Below, piece after piece: positions 1-9,256 of a stretch of 43,512 nucleotides of DNA. Source of the DNA: Nitrospirota bacterium (lineage in GTDB: Bacteria > Nitrospirota > Nitrospiria > Nitrospirales > Nitrospiraceae); NCBI GenBank assembly GCA_963703955.1, contig CAVPGK010000003.1, positions 1 through 43,512 of the forward strand, read 5' to 3'. Numbering within the stretch: position 1 is the stretch's first letter; each line of letters opens with the position of its first letter. Position numbers and translations under genes: made by a program. Under the pieces are notes generated by a model, which saw only the letters and a list, made by a program, of their open reading frames with translations, searched no databases and was not told where the DNA came from.

Positions 1-76
1 GTGGTGCAGCTGCTGCGTTCCTGTTGGTGGGCTCTCAAGGGGCACCGGCGGTCTCAACGCGCGGGCATCGGACCTG

Positions 77-715
77 ATGATGATTCTTTCAGCTGATCCG
101 GAAATTTTCTCGACCATTCATAACTCTGCGAATCGAAATTTCGTATGCATTCCCCGACCCAAAGCTTCGCGTCACAACGCGTGGCCTCCTTCTCCTCGAT
201 CGAGTCGCGATCAGGCCCCGGGGCCCTTCCCGCCTGGAGAACAACGAGAGGCCTCGGCTGCCGGCCAATTTGGAGCCTTTCGAGCCTCACTACTCTACTG
301 TCCAAAGTGCCGACAAGCTACCCCGACACGCGAGCGTCTCCTGCTCGTGCTGCCGACGGGCAATCTGTACGAATACCTCTGCGTTCAGTGCGGCTCGTCG
401 ACCGGCTCGAAGACGGAGCAGGATCGGGGGGACGTACGTCGTAGTCATTCCTTGAGCAGGGACATGTCGCGCTGCCCGCACGTGACGCGCGTTATTCGGG
501 GCACCGCGGACCTCACGACGGCATTGATGAATAATCCGACAGCGCTAGGCGAGACCGTCGATGGGTATCCCTTCTTCGGTGAGCATGACCGGGATGTCTT
601 CCCGGATGGGGTAGAGAATTTTCTTGTCCGCGCGGACAAGCCCTCCATCCAGCCTTTCCGTCACAATCTGACCCGCCTTGTTCTTGAGCTCTCCTGTCCC
701 GATACGATTATTTAG
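77..715 (+). CDS. Small putative zinc-binding protein (CPKC...CVQC); true start uncertain, probable natural stop at 455 after a frameshift
   Basis: Two CxxC pairs in LYCPKCRQATPTRERLLLVLPTGNLYEYLCVQCGSSTGSK. The ORF tail runs antisense into the Trm112 gene, so it is probably not real. Confidence 0.5.
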   Translation: MMILSADPEIFSTIHNSANRNFVCIPRPKASRHNAWPPSPRSSRDQAPGPFPPGEQREASAAGQFGAFRASLLYCPKCRQATPTRERLLLVLPTGNLYEYLCVQCGSSTGSKTEQDRGDVRRSHSLSRDMSRCPHVTRVIRGTADLTTALMNNPTALGETVDGYPFFGEHDRDVFPDGVENFLVRADKPSIQPFRHNLTRLVLELSCPDTII

Positions 716-835
716 CTGATCAATCAGGGCCTCGTTGGCCAGATTGACGTCTTGTTTGGTTTCAGGGCAGCAGAGGATGGCGAGCAAGTCCTTGTCGATC
801 ATGACCTTCTTTCTCGAATCGTTCGTGTTTGCCAT
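545..835 (-). CDS. Trm112-family protein
   Basis: IDKDLLAILCCPETK...LYPIREDIPVML Trm112 signature; GGAGG just upstream of the ATG. Confidence 0.85.
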   Translation of the reverse strand: MANTNDSRKKVMIDKDLLAILCCPETKQDVNLANEALIDQLNNRIGTGELKNKAGQIVTERLDGGLVRADKKILYPIREDIPVMLTEEGIPIDGLA

Positions 836-1058
836 GTTTCCTCCGGTTCATCGTTTCCTGGTCGGCTTGTGCGAGCGAGTCCAAGAAGCTTCCTAAGCTA
901 GAGGAATCATCATAATACAAGATCAAGAGTCATGCGGAAACAAAACAAGCGGACGGAGCCATTGCGGGAGTTCCAAACCTCGGCAAGATTGTGAAGATGC
1001 TCAGAAAATCTGTTAGACTTAGAGGGTTTCCAAGAACATCGGTTAAGGGGATGGTCAG

Positions 1059-2186
1059 ATGAAGCGCTATTTTCTGACGGGCCTCTTTGTCCTCCTCCCG
1101 GCGTGGGGGACGTTCTTGATTCTCCAAACGCTCTTTTATGCCGTGGATGGGATGTGGAGCGATCTTCTCGGCCCCGCGATGAAGTCAGATGTCCCTGGAT
1201 TGGGAATCGTATCTCTGCTGGGACTGATCCTCTTGGCCGGTATTGTGGCGACGGACGTTTTGGGACAGCGATTGGTTCGGCTTACCGACGATTGGGTGCA
1301 GCGTATCCCTTTGGTGCGCACGATTTACCTGACGATCAAGAGCATGACCGATCTGTTTCATTTCCGCTCACGTTTTGACAGGAGCACGGTCGTCATCTTT
1401 CCATTCCCCCGCGATGGACTGTGGGCGTTGGGATTTATCATGGGGGCGGCGCCCCCCTACATCTGTCCTGTCCAGATGGAATCGTTGGTCATGGTCTTTG
1501 TCCCGACCGCCATTCATCCGTTCACGGGCTATTTGGCCTTCATTCCAAAAGAGAAAGTCATGCCCATCAATCTGTCACCGGAGGATGCGATGAAGGTGGA
1601 GTTTTCAGCCGGACTCTTTCGTCCGCGGGCTGGGTGGTTGGCCCAACTCACCGGACCTGGGCGCCCCAGGTCGGTAATTCCCATGTCGATCGCGAATCGG
1701 CTTCTCATTCGTCCAGCCACCCGAGAAGATATCGATATCCTGGTGGGGTTCAGCCAAGCGATGGCCCTTGAGACGGAGGGCAGAAATCTGGATCTGGAAC
1801 GGCTTCGTCTGGGAACGCTCGCCGTTTTTGAGGCCACGGCGAGGGGGTACTATCTTGTGGCCGAATTGCACGAAGGGAAGCCACCGGCGGTCATCGGCCA
1901 ATTGCTAGTGACCAATGAATGGAGTGATTGGCGTAATGCCACGTTCTGGTGGATTCAAAGCGTCTATGTGGATCCGGCTTGGCGCGGTCACGGTGTGTAC
2001 CGGCGGATGCACGAGTACGTCCTGAGCCAGGCGCGGGCCCGAACGGATGTGTGTGGAGTGCGCCTGTATGTTGAGGAAAAGAATTCTATCGCCCAGGCGG
2101 CGTATGCGCGCGTGGGACTGCACAGGGCCCGCTATTGCGTGTTCGAACAGGATTTCATTCTTCCCAAAAGAGAAGAAAGGCTGTGA
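1059..2186 (+). CDS. DUF502 membrane protein fused to a GNAT N-acetyltransferase
   Basis: N-terminal KRYFLTGLFVLLP...RIPLVRTIY...VFVPTAIHPFTG (DUF502). From Met at 1683: LIRPATREDI...WWIQSVYVDPAWRGHGVY (GNAT acetyl-CoA motif). Confidence 0.8.
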   Translation: MKRYFLTGLFVLLPAWGTFLILQTLFYAVDGMWSDLLGPAMKSDVPGLGIVSLLGLILLAGIVATDVLGQRLVRLTDDWVQRIPLVRTIYLTIKSMTDLFHFRSRFDRSTVVIFPFPRDGLWALGFIMGAAPPYICPVQMESLVMVFVPTAIHPFTGYLAFIPKEKVMPINLSPEDAMKVEFSAGLFRPRAGWLAQLTGPGRPRSVIPMSIANRLLIRPATREDIDILVGFSQAMALETEGRNLDLERLRLGTLAVFEATARGYYLVAELHEGKPPAVIGQLLVTNEWSDWRNATFWWIQSVYVDPAWRGHGVYRRMHEYVLSQARARTDVCGVRLYVEEKNSIAQAAYARVGLHRARYCVFEQDFILPKREERL

Positions 2187-2608
2187 TGTCCGGATCGCGA
2201 TCGGTCGATAACCTGCGAGACAGTCGACATCACAAGGGTCCCATACCGCTGGTGTGTGGAATCCTGGTTATGTTGACCTTGGTCGAAGCGTGTGCCTTTG
2301 TCAGGGGGAACGTCGGCGATGAATTTCGCGATGATGATGTCAAATCCATCCAAAAAGGAGCGACGACGAAAGCGGAAGTGTCGACCCGTTTGGGTGCGCC
2401 GGACCGGATCATAGAGGCCAACGGTCATGAGATCTTTCAATATTATCGATACGACATCAAAGCCGGCAATATTTTGTTCTTCTCCCGCATCAACGTGAAG
2501 AGCGACGACCTCTACGTATTTTTCAATCGGGAAGGCGTGGTTGATGACGTGGTGTTCGGAAAGCGGACCGATAGCCTGAAGTTTCAGGTCTGGCCGTTTG
2601 GACAATGA
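2186..2608 (+). CDS. SmpA/OmlA (BamE-like) domain lipoprotein
   Basis: ATG overlaps the upstream TGA; hydrophobic stretch then VEAC lipobox-like; IQKGATTKAEVSTRLGAPD motif. Confidence 0.7.
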   Translation: MSGSRSVDNLRDSRHHKGPIPLVCGILVMLTLVEACAFVRGNVGDEFRDDDVKSIQKGATTKAEVSTRLGAPDRIIEANGHEIFQYYRYDIKAGNILFFSRINVKSDDLYVFFNREGVVDDVVFGKRTDSLKFQVWPFGQ

Positions 2609-2611
2609 ACA

Positions 2612-3052
2612 ATGACCGCTCAAGCAACCATGAGAACGGTAGGAATCAGCGTTGGGATGCTGGTGTTCCTCTCGGCGTTGTCCGGGTGCGGGTTTATTAG
2701 TTTCACGCGTCTCTCGGTCAATGATCTCATTCGGCCGGACGATGTGACTTTCATTGTCACGGGCAAGACGACGTTCGCTGAAGTCATCGAGAAACTTGGG
2801 GTGCCAGACGAATTGACCAGTCTCGATGAAGGCGTGATGACCGCCTACCATTTCAGGGACGCCAAATATTTGCGGGTCAATTACGGCTGGGCCCTTCGGT
2901 ACTGGTCTCCGGTGACCCCGGATCTTGTTCTCGGCGGGGGCGGCCTGGGGACGGACATGTTCCTCATCGTCTTAGACCCGGATTGGGTCGTCCGGCAACA
3001 CGCATTTGCTCACCATGTTCAAGCCAGCCGGTACAAGCCGTGGCCGTTCTGA
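2612..3052 (+). CDS. Lipoprotein, SmpA/OmlA-like
   Basis: LSGC lipobox; IVTGKTTFAEVIEKLGVPD motif paralogous to the upstream gene. Confidence 0.7.
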   Translation: MTAQATMRTVGISVGMLVFLSALSGCGFISFTRLSVNDLIRPDDVTFIVTGKTTFAEVIEKLGVPDELTSLDEGVMTAYHFRDAKYLRVNYGWALRYWSPVTPDLVLGGGGLGTDMFLIVLDPDWVVRQHAFAHHVQASRYKPWPF

Positions 3053-3096
3053 GAAGCGGCGCATGCTTCATTCACCCCTCATCGGCGTCTTGGGCT

Positions 3097-4314
3097 GTGC
3101 GAAGTATTGATCAGAGCACCCCTCTTAGTTCGCTCGCGGTTCTGGCGGGCCTGTTCCTCCTCGCGACATCGGCGATTGCGTCCGATCCTTTCGATCGCCT
3201 CGCCGTCGCCGGTCCTGAAACAACGGAAGAGCCAAGGGTCAGGGCCCGCGCCCTTGGGATTACTGTGGGGCGTTATCAGCCCGGTCTCCATAACGCGATT
3301 ACCGATGTGGATGGTGTGAAAGTCGGCCATGTGACGTTGATCCGAGGGGAGGGTCCACTGAGGCCCGGCCAAGGGCCGGTTCGAACGGGAGTGACCGTCG
3401 TGATCCCACGCGAGGACGTGTGGCATAAAAAGGTGCCCGCCAGCGCCTTCGTGTTGAATGGCACTGGGGAAATGACCGGATTGGCATGGGTAACCGAGTC
3501 CGGATTCTTGGAGTATCCGATCGCGCTCACCAATACGTTGAACCTTCCGCGCGTGGCCAACGGCGTTATGAGTTGGATGATCAGGCAGTATCCCGACATC
3601 GGCATTACCGATGACACCTTAACGCCGGTGGTCGCCGAATGCGACGATAGTCGTCTCAACGATAGTCAGGGTCGGCATGTCTCCGAGGAGGATGTGATGG
3701 CGGCGCTGGATGGGGCCACGGGAGGGGTCGTCGCGGAAGGAAGTGTCGGAGCCGGCACCGGTATGGTGTCCTACGGGTTCAAGGGCGGAATCGGGACCGC
3801 CTCCCGCCGTCTTTCCGGCCAGGAAGGAGGGCACACGGTGGGTGTCCTCGTTAACGCCAACCACGGCCGGCGGGAGGAACTGGTGATGGCGGGTGTGCCC
3901 GTTGGAAAATTATACGGGTCCGAGAGTCACGCGCGGTCCGGAGGGGAAGGATCGATCATCGTGATCATCGCCACCGATGCGCCGCTCGACAGCCGACAGC
4001 TTGGTCGCCTGGCCAAGCGGGCCGCGCTGGGGTTAGCCAGAACAGGATCCACAGCCCGGCATAGCAGCGGTGATTTCATGCTGGCCTTCTCGACGGGGAA
4101 TACGATTCCCCATTATCCTGCTGAGCAGACCTTCTCGATGACGCATTTGGCCGACACGCACATAAACCCGCTCTTGAGCGCCACGGTAGAAGCAACTGAG
4201 GAAGCGATTCTCAATGCGCTGACGATGGCCTCGACCGTCGTCGGAAGAGACGATCATCGCATCGAAGCGATATCGTTGTCGAGACTCCGCTCATTGCTGG
4301 GTGCGAAGCCCTAG
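3097..4314 (+). CDS. DmpA / P1 (S58) family aminopeptidase, probably exported
   Basis: NAITDVDGVKVGH, GSVGAGTGM, FKGGIGTASR, EGSIIVIIATDAP (G-S autoprocessing site), SSGDF. The GTG start at 3097 is inferred from the signal-like segment. Confidence 0.9.
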   Translation: MRSIDQSTPLSSLAVLAGLFLLATSAIASDPFDRLAVAGPETTEEPRVRARALGITVGRYQPGLHNAITDVDGVKVGHVTLIRGEGPLRPGQGPVRTGVTVVIPREDVWHKKVPASAFVLNGTGEMTGLAWVTESGFLEYPIALTNTLNLPRVANGVMSWMIRQYPDIGITDDTLTPVVAECDDSRLNDSQGRHVSEEDVMAALDGATGGVVAEGSVGAGTGMVSYGFKGGIGTASRRLSGQEGGHTVGVLVNANHGRREELVMAGVPVGKLYGSESHARSGGEGSIIVIIATDAPLDSRQLGRLAKRAALGLARTGSTARHSSGDFMLAFSTGNTIPHYPAEQTFSMTHLADTHINPLLSATVEATEEAILNALTMASTVVGRDDHRIEAISLSRLRSLLGAKP

Positions 4315-4326
4315 CCATCGGTCGAC

Positions 4327-4355
4327 TTGCATTTGACGCGGCGAGCCACTATTCT
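4327..4355 (+). promoter_or_regulatory. Putative sigma70 promoter
   Basis: TTGCAT-N17-TATTCT about 50 nt upstream of the ATG at 4405. Confidence 0.35.
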
Positions 4356-4404
4356 GGCGGCAATCGTGTGACCCGCAGCGCGCAACGAGAAGAAGAGGGG
4401 AAAC

Positions 4405-4632
4405 ATGACGGAGTATCAGCTCGGTGGCAGCCTCAGGCTGTTGACGGCGGTCGAAAAGACGCAGGCCTTTTCACAGTTTCTTCACAAGCGGATGACTAGA
4501 GCGATCGAGACGGAAGACCCCGCAGAGTTGCACTATCTCCTCGCACAACTTGACGACTATCATTCCTTCATCTGGCGGTATTATAAAAAGCTCCAGAAGG
4601 AACGAGGGGATCGTTTGCGCCTCGACGAGTAG
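4405..4632 (+). CDS. Small helical hypothetical protein
   Basis: GAGGGG RBS, ATG, amphipathic helical sequence filling an intergenic gap. Confidence 0.7.
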   Translation: MTEYQLGGSLRLLTAVEKTQAFSQFLHKRMTRAIETEDPAELHYLLAQLDDYHSFIWRYYKKLQKERGDRLRLDE

Positions 4633-4696
4633 ACCTGCCGCACGTACGGGACGAGATCGTAGTCAGTGATCGATCGTAACGAGAGGATGGATTCAG

Positions 4697-5899
4697 GTGC
4701 GATTCTCTTCGTCGCTCTCCCGAGACCTCGACGCCACCGAGGCGGGCCACGCCTTGGCGTTGGCGGCCGGACGCGAGTTGGGCAGCCAGCCGGTTGATCT
4801 GGCCTGCCTGTTTTTTTCGTCCCATTATGCCGGGCAGGCTGAAGAATTAGCGGCGGCGGTGCGCGGCATCTTGGCGCCGAGTGTGTTCCTCGGTTGTACC
4901 GGGGAAGGGATCATCGCGGGAACAGAGGAAATTGAGCAGGCGGCCGCCGTGACGCTGTGGGCGGCGCAGATGCCGGGTGCCTCGCTCACGCCCCTCCGGC
5001 TTTCGTCCAGCCAGGATGAGAAGCACGCGGGCTTCTGTGTTGAAGGGTGGCCGGAGGATCTCCGACACGGATCCGAGCAACCTGTCATGCTCCTTCTGGC
5101 CGACCCGTTTTCGACTCCGATGGACGAAGTCCTTTCGATGGTTAAGGACCGGACCCCGGGCTCGACCGCAATCGGCGGACTGGCCGGCGGCGGTCACGAT
5201 CTCGGCGAAAACCGCCTGTTGCTCAACGACAACGTGTACGATGGCGGCCTCGTCGGCGTGGCCATCTCCGGTGCTGTATCGGTTCGAACCGTGGTCTCAC
5301 AAGGCTGCCGGCCGATCGGGGAGCGATACATTGTGACGAGGGCGGAGAACAATGTGATCTACGAGTTGGGAGGGACTCCCGCGATGGAACGTCTTCAGGC
5401 CATGTTCGAAGCGTTGGATCCCCAGGAGCGAGCGTTGGCACAGAGCGCGTTGCATCTCGGGATCGCGATCGATGAGCAACGCAGCCGATTCGAGCGGGGC
5501 GATTTTCTGGTGCGGAACCTGGTCGGGGCCGACCGCAGCTCCGGCAGCCTTGCCATCGGCGATCTGGTCAAAGAAGGGCAATCCGTCCAATTCCACGTGA
5601 GGGACGCCCAGTCCGCAAGCGAGGATCTGCACCTCCTGCTCGCCGCCACTCGTTCGCGGCAGAAGGCGCCGCCGCTCGGGGCGCTGATGTTCAGCTGCTG
5701 TGGGCGCGGGCGAGGCCTGTTCGGGCGCCCGCATCATGACGTGACCGTGCTTCGTGAGCGAGCCGGAGAGATTCCGATCGCCGGATTCTTTGCCCAGGGG
5801 GAGATCGGGCCGATCGGTGGCAGCAATTTTCTTCACGGGTATACCGCCAGCGTCGCGCTCTTTTCCGAAAAAGCAATCGATCTGTCTAAAGGAGAATGA
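4697..5899 (+). CDS. FIST N/C domain signal-transduction protein
   Basis: [50 protein letters not shown] motifs. Confidence 0.92.
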   Translation: MRFSSSLSRDLDATEAGHALALAAGRELGSQPVDLACLFFSSHYAGQAEELAAAVRGILAPSVFLGCTGEGIIAGTEEIEQAAAVTLWAAQMPGASLTPLRLSSSQDEKHAGFCVEGWPEDLRHGSEQPVMLLLADPFSTPMDEVLSMVKDRTPGSTAIGGLAGGGHDLGENRLLLNDNVYDGGLVGVAISGAVSVRTVVSQGCRPIGERYIVTRAENNVIYELGGTPAMERLQAMFEALDPQERALAQSALHLGIAIDEQRSRFERGDFLVRNLVGADRSSGSLAIGDLVKEGQSVQFHVRDAQSASEDLHLLLAATRSRQKAPPLGALMFSCCGRGRGLFGRPHHDVTVLRERAGEIPIAGFFAQGEIGPIGGSNFLHGYTASVALFSEKAIDLSKGE

Positions 5900-6345
5900 T
5901 GATGAGGCGAACTCTTCCTATGCTGATCGCTCTGGTCGTGATGGTGAGCCTGGCGATCGTTGTCCATTCCGGAGAACCAGCGGGCGGAAAGGCGGCTGGC
6001 GGGAAAACCGTCACGACCCCGTCCGGCCTGCAATATATCAACCTCCTGGAGGGTACCGGCCGCCAAGCGGAACTCGGCGACACCGCAACCGTTCATTACA
6101 CCGGCTGGCTTGCCGACGGAACCAAATTCGACAGCTCCGTGGATCGCAAGGAACCCTTTTCGTTCCGCGTGGGAGCGGGGCAGGTGATCAAGGGCTGGGA
6201 CGAGGGCGTCAGTTCCATGAAGATCGGCGGCAAGCGCAAATTAATCATTCCTCCCCAACTCGGGTATGGCGCGCGTGGCGCGGGCGGTGTCATCCCTCCG
6301 AACGCGACGTTGACCTTCGACGTCGAGTTGCTGGGATTACGGTAG
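5896..6345 (+). CDS. FKBP-type peptidyl-prolyl cis-trans isomerase with signal peptide
   Basis: [46 protein letters not shown]. Confidence 0.96.
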   Translation: MMMRRTLPMLIALVVMVSLAIVVHSGEPAGGKAAGGKTVTTPSGLQYINLLEGTGRQAELGDTATVHYTGWLADGTKFDSSVDRKEPFSFRVGAGQVIKGWDEGVSSMKIGGKRKLIIPPQLGYGARGAGGVIPPNATLTFDVELLGLR

Positions 6346-6348
6346 CAG

Positions 6349-6484
6349 GGGTGGGCCGACTGCCCTTCGTACTCGCGCACCGCGCACACTCGGAAGGTGC
6401 TCGGGCGGGAAGGGGCGCGTCTTGGCGCGCCTGGGGTGGGCGGGTGAAAACGGGCCCGCGCAGTAAAGGGCAATCGACCCACCC
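6349..6484. repeat. MITE/REP-like palindromic element (type A) with a nested hairpin-G-run unit (type B)
   Basis: Inverted arms 6349-6367 and 6466-6484 (17/19). The core matches the element at 31993-32082. Internal GGCGC-GTCTTGGC-GCGCC-TGGGGTGGGCGGGTGAAA. Confidence 0.75.
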
Positions 6485-6601
6485 TTTGATTGTTGTTGTA
6501 GGGGTAGAGGGGGCCTAGTAACGTCAAACCCGTCTAGTCCTTGTACCTGAAAAGCATGTCTCACAAAACGTGACTTAACGACTCGGATAATCATTTACGA
6601 T

Positions 6602-7705
6602 ATGAAACGAACTGCTCTGTTCGACGGTCACGTTGCATGTGGCGCCAAGCTGGTGGACTTTGCCGGCTGGGAGATGCCGATCCAGTACTCCGGCGTGGTG
6701 GACGAGTATCAGGCGGTCCGGACGGCTGCGGGCCTGTTCGATGTCAGCCACATGGGGCGTATCTTGGTGGCGGGGCCGGGATCCTTGGCGTTTCTCCAGC
6801 GAGTGACCACGAACGATGTCGCCAAGATCGCGGTCAAGCAGTCGCAGTATTCCATGGTGTGCAACTCTCACGGCGGGATCAAGGATGACGTCTTCATCTA
6901 TCATGTCGAACCCTATCAATTTCTCGTGTGCGTCAACGCATCCAACCGTGAAAAGATCCTCGACTGGATGCGCGAACAGATCAAGCACGGGCAGGGTTGT
7001 CGGTTAGAGGATCGGTCGGTTGACCTCGCCCAGTTGGCGATTCAGGGACCTCAAGCGCGGTCGATTTTAGAACGGGTCGGGGTCCCGGACATAGCTGGAT
7101 TAAAGCCTCGCCACTGCCTGGAGGCCAAGCTGATCGGTGCATCCTGCTTGATTACCAGAACAGGGTATACCGGTGAGCCCGGGTACGAATTGTATCTGCC
7201 TGCCGACCACGCACCCCTTCTCTGGAACGAGCTACTTGGGCGCGGGCGCGCCGCCGGCCTCAAACCGGCAGGCCTCGGCGCGCGGGACCTGTTGCGGCTG
7301 GAGATGGGGTATCTCCTCTATGGAAATGACATCATGGAGGAGACGACACCGTTGGAAGCCGGCGCCGGCTGGGTGGTCGATTTTCAAAAATGTGATTTTA
7401 TCGGCCGGGACCGATTGAAGCAGCAGCAGGATCGTGGGGTCACACGCTGCCTTGTCGCCTTTGAATTGCTGCAAAAGGCGGTTCCGCGCCATGGGTTCAA
7501 GATTTGGTCAAACGGTCAACCGGCGAAAAAGGAAATCGGCGAAGTGACAAGCGGCAATCTCTCGCCCATTCTCCAGAAAGGCATTGGTCTGGGCTACGTC
7601 CAACCCGATGCGGCGGCGGCGGGTTCTCACATTGCCATCGATATTCGCGGCAAGATCGTGCCGGCTGTTGTCGTCAAGCCGCCGTTTTATAAACGCCGAA
7701 CATGA
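6602..7705 (+). CDS. gcvT: Glycine cleavage system aminomethyltransferase T
   Basis: KRTALFD, FAGWEMPIQY, GLFDVSHMG, TRTGYTGEPGYE, GLGARDLLRLEMG, VVKPPFYK. Confidence 0.97.
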   Translation: MKRTALFDGHVACGAKLVDFAGWEMPIQYSGVVDEYQAVRTAAGLFDVSHMGRILVAGPGSLAFLQRVTTNDVAKIAVKQSQYSMVCNSHGGIKDDVFIYHVEPYQFLVCVNASNREKILDWMREQIKHGQGCRLEDRSVDLAQLAIQGPQARSILERVGVPDIAGLKPRHCLEAKLIGASCLITRTGYTGEPGYELYLPADHAPLLWNELLGRGRAAGLKPAGLGARDLLRLEMGYLLYGNDIMEETTPLEAGAGWVVDFQKCDFIGRDRLKQQQDRGVTRCLVAFELLQKAVPRHGFKIWSNGQPAKKEIGEVTSGNLSPILQKGIGLGYVQPDAAAAGSHIAIDIRGKIVPAVVVKPPFYKRRT

Positions 7706-7771
7706 AGCGCTATCATCAGTTTCATGTTTTGAGTTGATTCGCTCAACGCTTTTGACTCAACACTCAGCACT

Positions 7772-8287
7772 ATGGTTAAAACTATCTATAACGGTCGTGT
7801 CGTCACGCTGAACCTTGAGACGGTGACCCTGCCCAATGGGGTGACCGTTGAGTTGGAAGTGGTCCGGCACCCCGGAGCCGCCGCCATTGTTCCGATGAAG
7901 GCTGATGGGACCGTGATCTTGCTTCGGCAGTATCGACTCGCCGCCGGGGGTTATATCTATGAAATTCCAGCCGGGAAATTGCATCCGGGCGAGGACCCCC
8001 TGCATTGCGCAACGCGGGAGATGGAAGAAGAGATCGGCTACCGAGCGACGCACATGGAAAAGCTGGCGACCTTCTTCACGGCGCCGGGATTTACCGACGA
8101 AATCATGCACCTGTTTAAGGCTACGGGGCTGGCGCCGGGTAGGCAGAATCTCGAGCGGGATGAAGTGTTGGAGATTATCGAACTACCCATCGAAAAAGCG
8201 GTTGCACTGATCAACGACGGTACGATCCGCGATGCCAAGACGATGGTCGGGCTTCAAGCGGTCTATCTTCAGGGCCTCCGAGCGTAG
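7772..8287 (+). CDS. Nudix hydrolase (ADP-ribose pyrophosphatase-like)
   Basis: Nudix box GKLHPGEDPLHCATREMEEEIG; HPGAAAIVP; IRDAKT. Confidence 0.92.
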   Translation: MVKTIYNGRVVTLNLETVTLPNGVTVELEVVRHPGAAAIVPMKADGTVILLRQYRLAAGGYIYEIPAGKLHPGEDPLHCATREMEEEIGYRATHMEKLATFFTAPGFTDEIMHLFKATGLAPGRQNLERDEVLEIIELPIEKAVALINDGTIRDAKTMVGLQAVYLQGLRA

Positions 8288-8313
8288 TCACAACCTAACG
8301 AGGGCTTCCTTTC

Positions 8314-8637
8314 ATGGAACGTCGCAAGCATCAGCGCTTTCCAGTGCAATTTCGAAGTTTGTTTTCTTCCGTCAACATGGTGAGTGGAGAAGGCATGGTG
8401 CTCGACCTGTCCGTACGCGGATGTCGAGTGAACAGCGCCACGGTGGTTCGTCCGGGTACTAATCTCATGTTGCGGCTCTCGATTCCGGATTTCGAGCCGC
8501 CGATCGAAATTGCGGTGGCGAGTGTTCGCGGGTCACAAGGTGAAGAATTTGGGCTTGAGTTTCATGATATGAAGGAAAGTGAGTGGAAACGGTTTACCGA
8601 GGTGATCAACGGACTGGAGCAGAAGGCGCGGCAGTGA
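8314..8637 (+). CDS. PilZ domain c-di-GMP-binding protein
   Basis: RRKHQR (RxxxR) and DLSVRG (DxSxxG) motifs. Confidence 0.9.
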   Translation: MERRKHQRFPVQFRSLFSSVNMVSGEGMVLDLSVRGCRVNSATVVRPGTNLMLRLSIPDFEPPIEIAVASVRGSQGEEFGLEFHDMKESEWKRFTEVINGLEQKARQ

Positions 8638-8729
8638 ACGAGGATATTGTTCGACGGAGGATTGCCGGTCGGGCGGCCAACCCGATCAATTCTCGGTGAC
8701 GGCCGCCTTCCCATGCAGAAAGGTCTTGC

Positions 8730-9050
8730 TTATTGGTGCTGCCGGTCGTGCTTCTGTCGGTGGATGGCGCGACTGCTGTGATTTAGCTTCCGGTTCAGTC
8801 GCCGCCGCTCCATCTTCGTCACTTGCCCGTCGGTTTTCGCCTTGGCCTCCGCGTTTTCGATCCGATCGAGGCGCCGGTTCATTCGATTAGCCTCTTGATC
8901 GGTCAATTGACCGCTGTTGATCCCTTCCTGAATCCGCTGTTCCTGATTCTGAATACGCTGATCAATCGCGGGCGTGTCGGTGGTCTGAGCAAGCGCCGTG
9001 CCACCGACCAGCATCGAACTGAGGGTCAAACCGATCAATCCTTTTGTCAT
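8730..9050 (-). CDS. Secreted helical-repeat hypothetical protein
   Basis: GGAGG RBS; signal peptide ending ALA; repeated G.LT..E..RLNR units. Confidence 0.8.
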   Translation of the reverse strand: MTKGLIGLTLSSMLVGGTALAQTTDTPAIDQRIQNQEQRIQEGINSGQLTDQEANRMNRRLDRIENAEAKAKTDGQVTKMERRRLNRKLNHSSRAIHRQKHDRQHQ

Positions 9051-9256
9051 ACGACCTCCATGGTAAGTGTTTGCAATGAGTCGACATATAGGTGATACCA
9101 CGTAACTTAAAATTTGCCAAGCGACTCCCCGTCCTCTTGCCGGAGTCAACGGATGACCGGAAAAACGGTGAGTAGGCCAAGTCTCCATTCTGTTGAAAGG
9201 GTGGGAGACGTATTGCGGGACGGTCTTCGATGGGAGTCGATCTTAAGGAGGGAACC

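Noticed and set aside
6346..6601. Glycine riboswitch upstream of gcvT
   Set aside because: No recognisable GGAGA...CCGAAG...CTCTCAGG aptamer motifs; the structure present is the repeat element.
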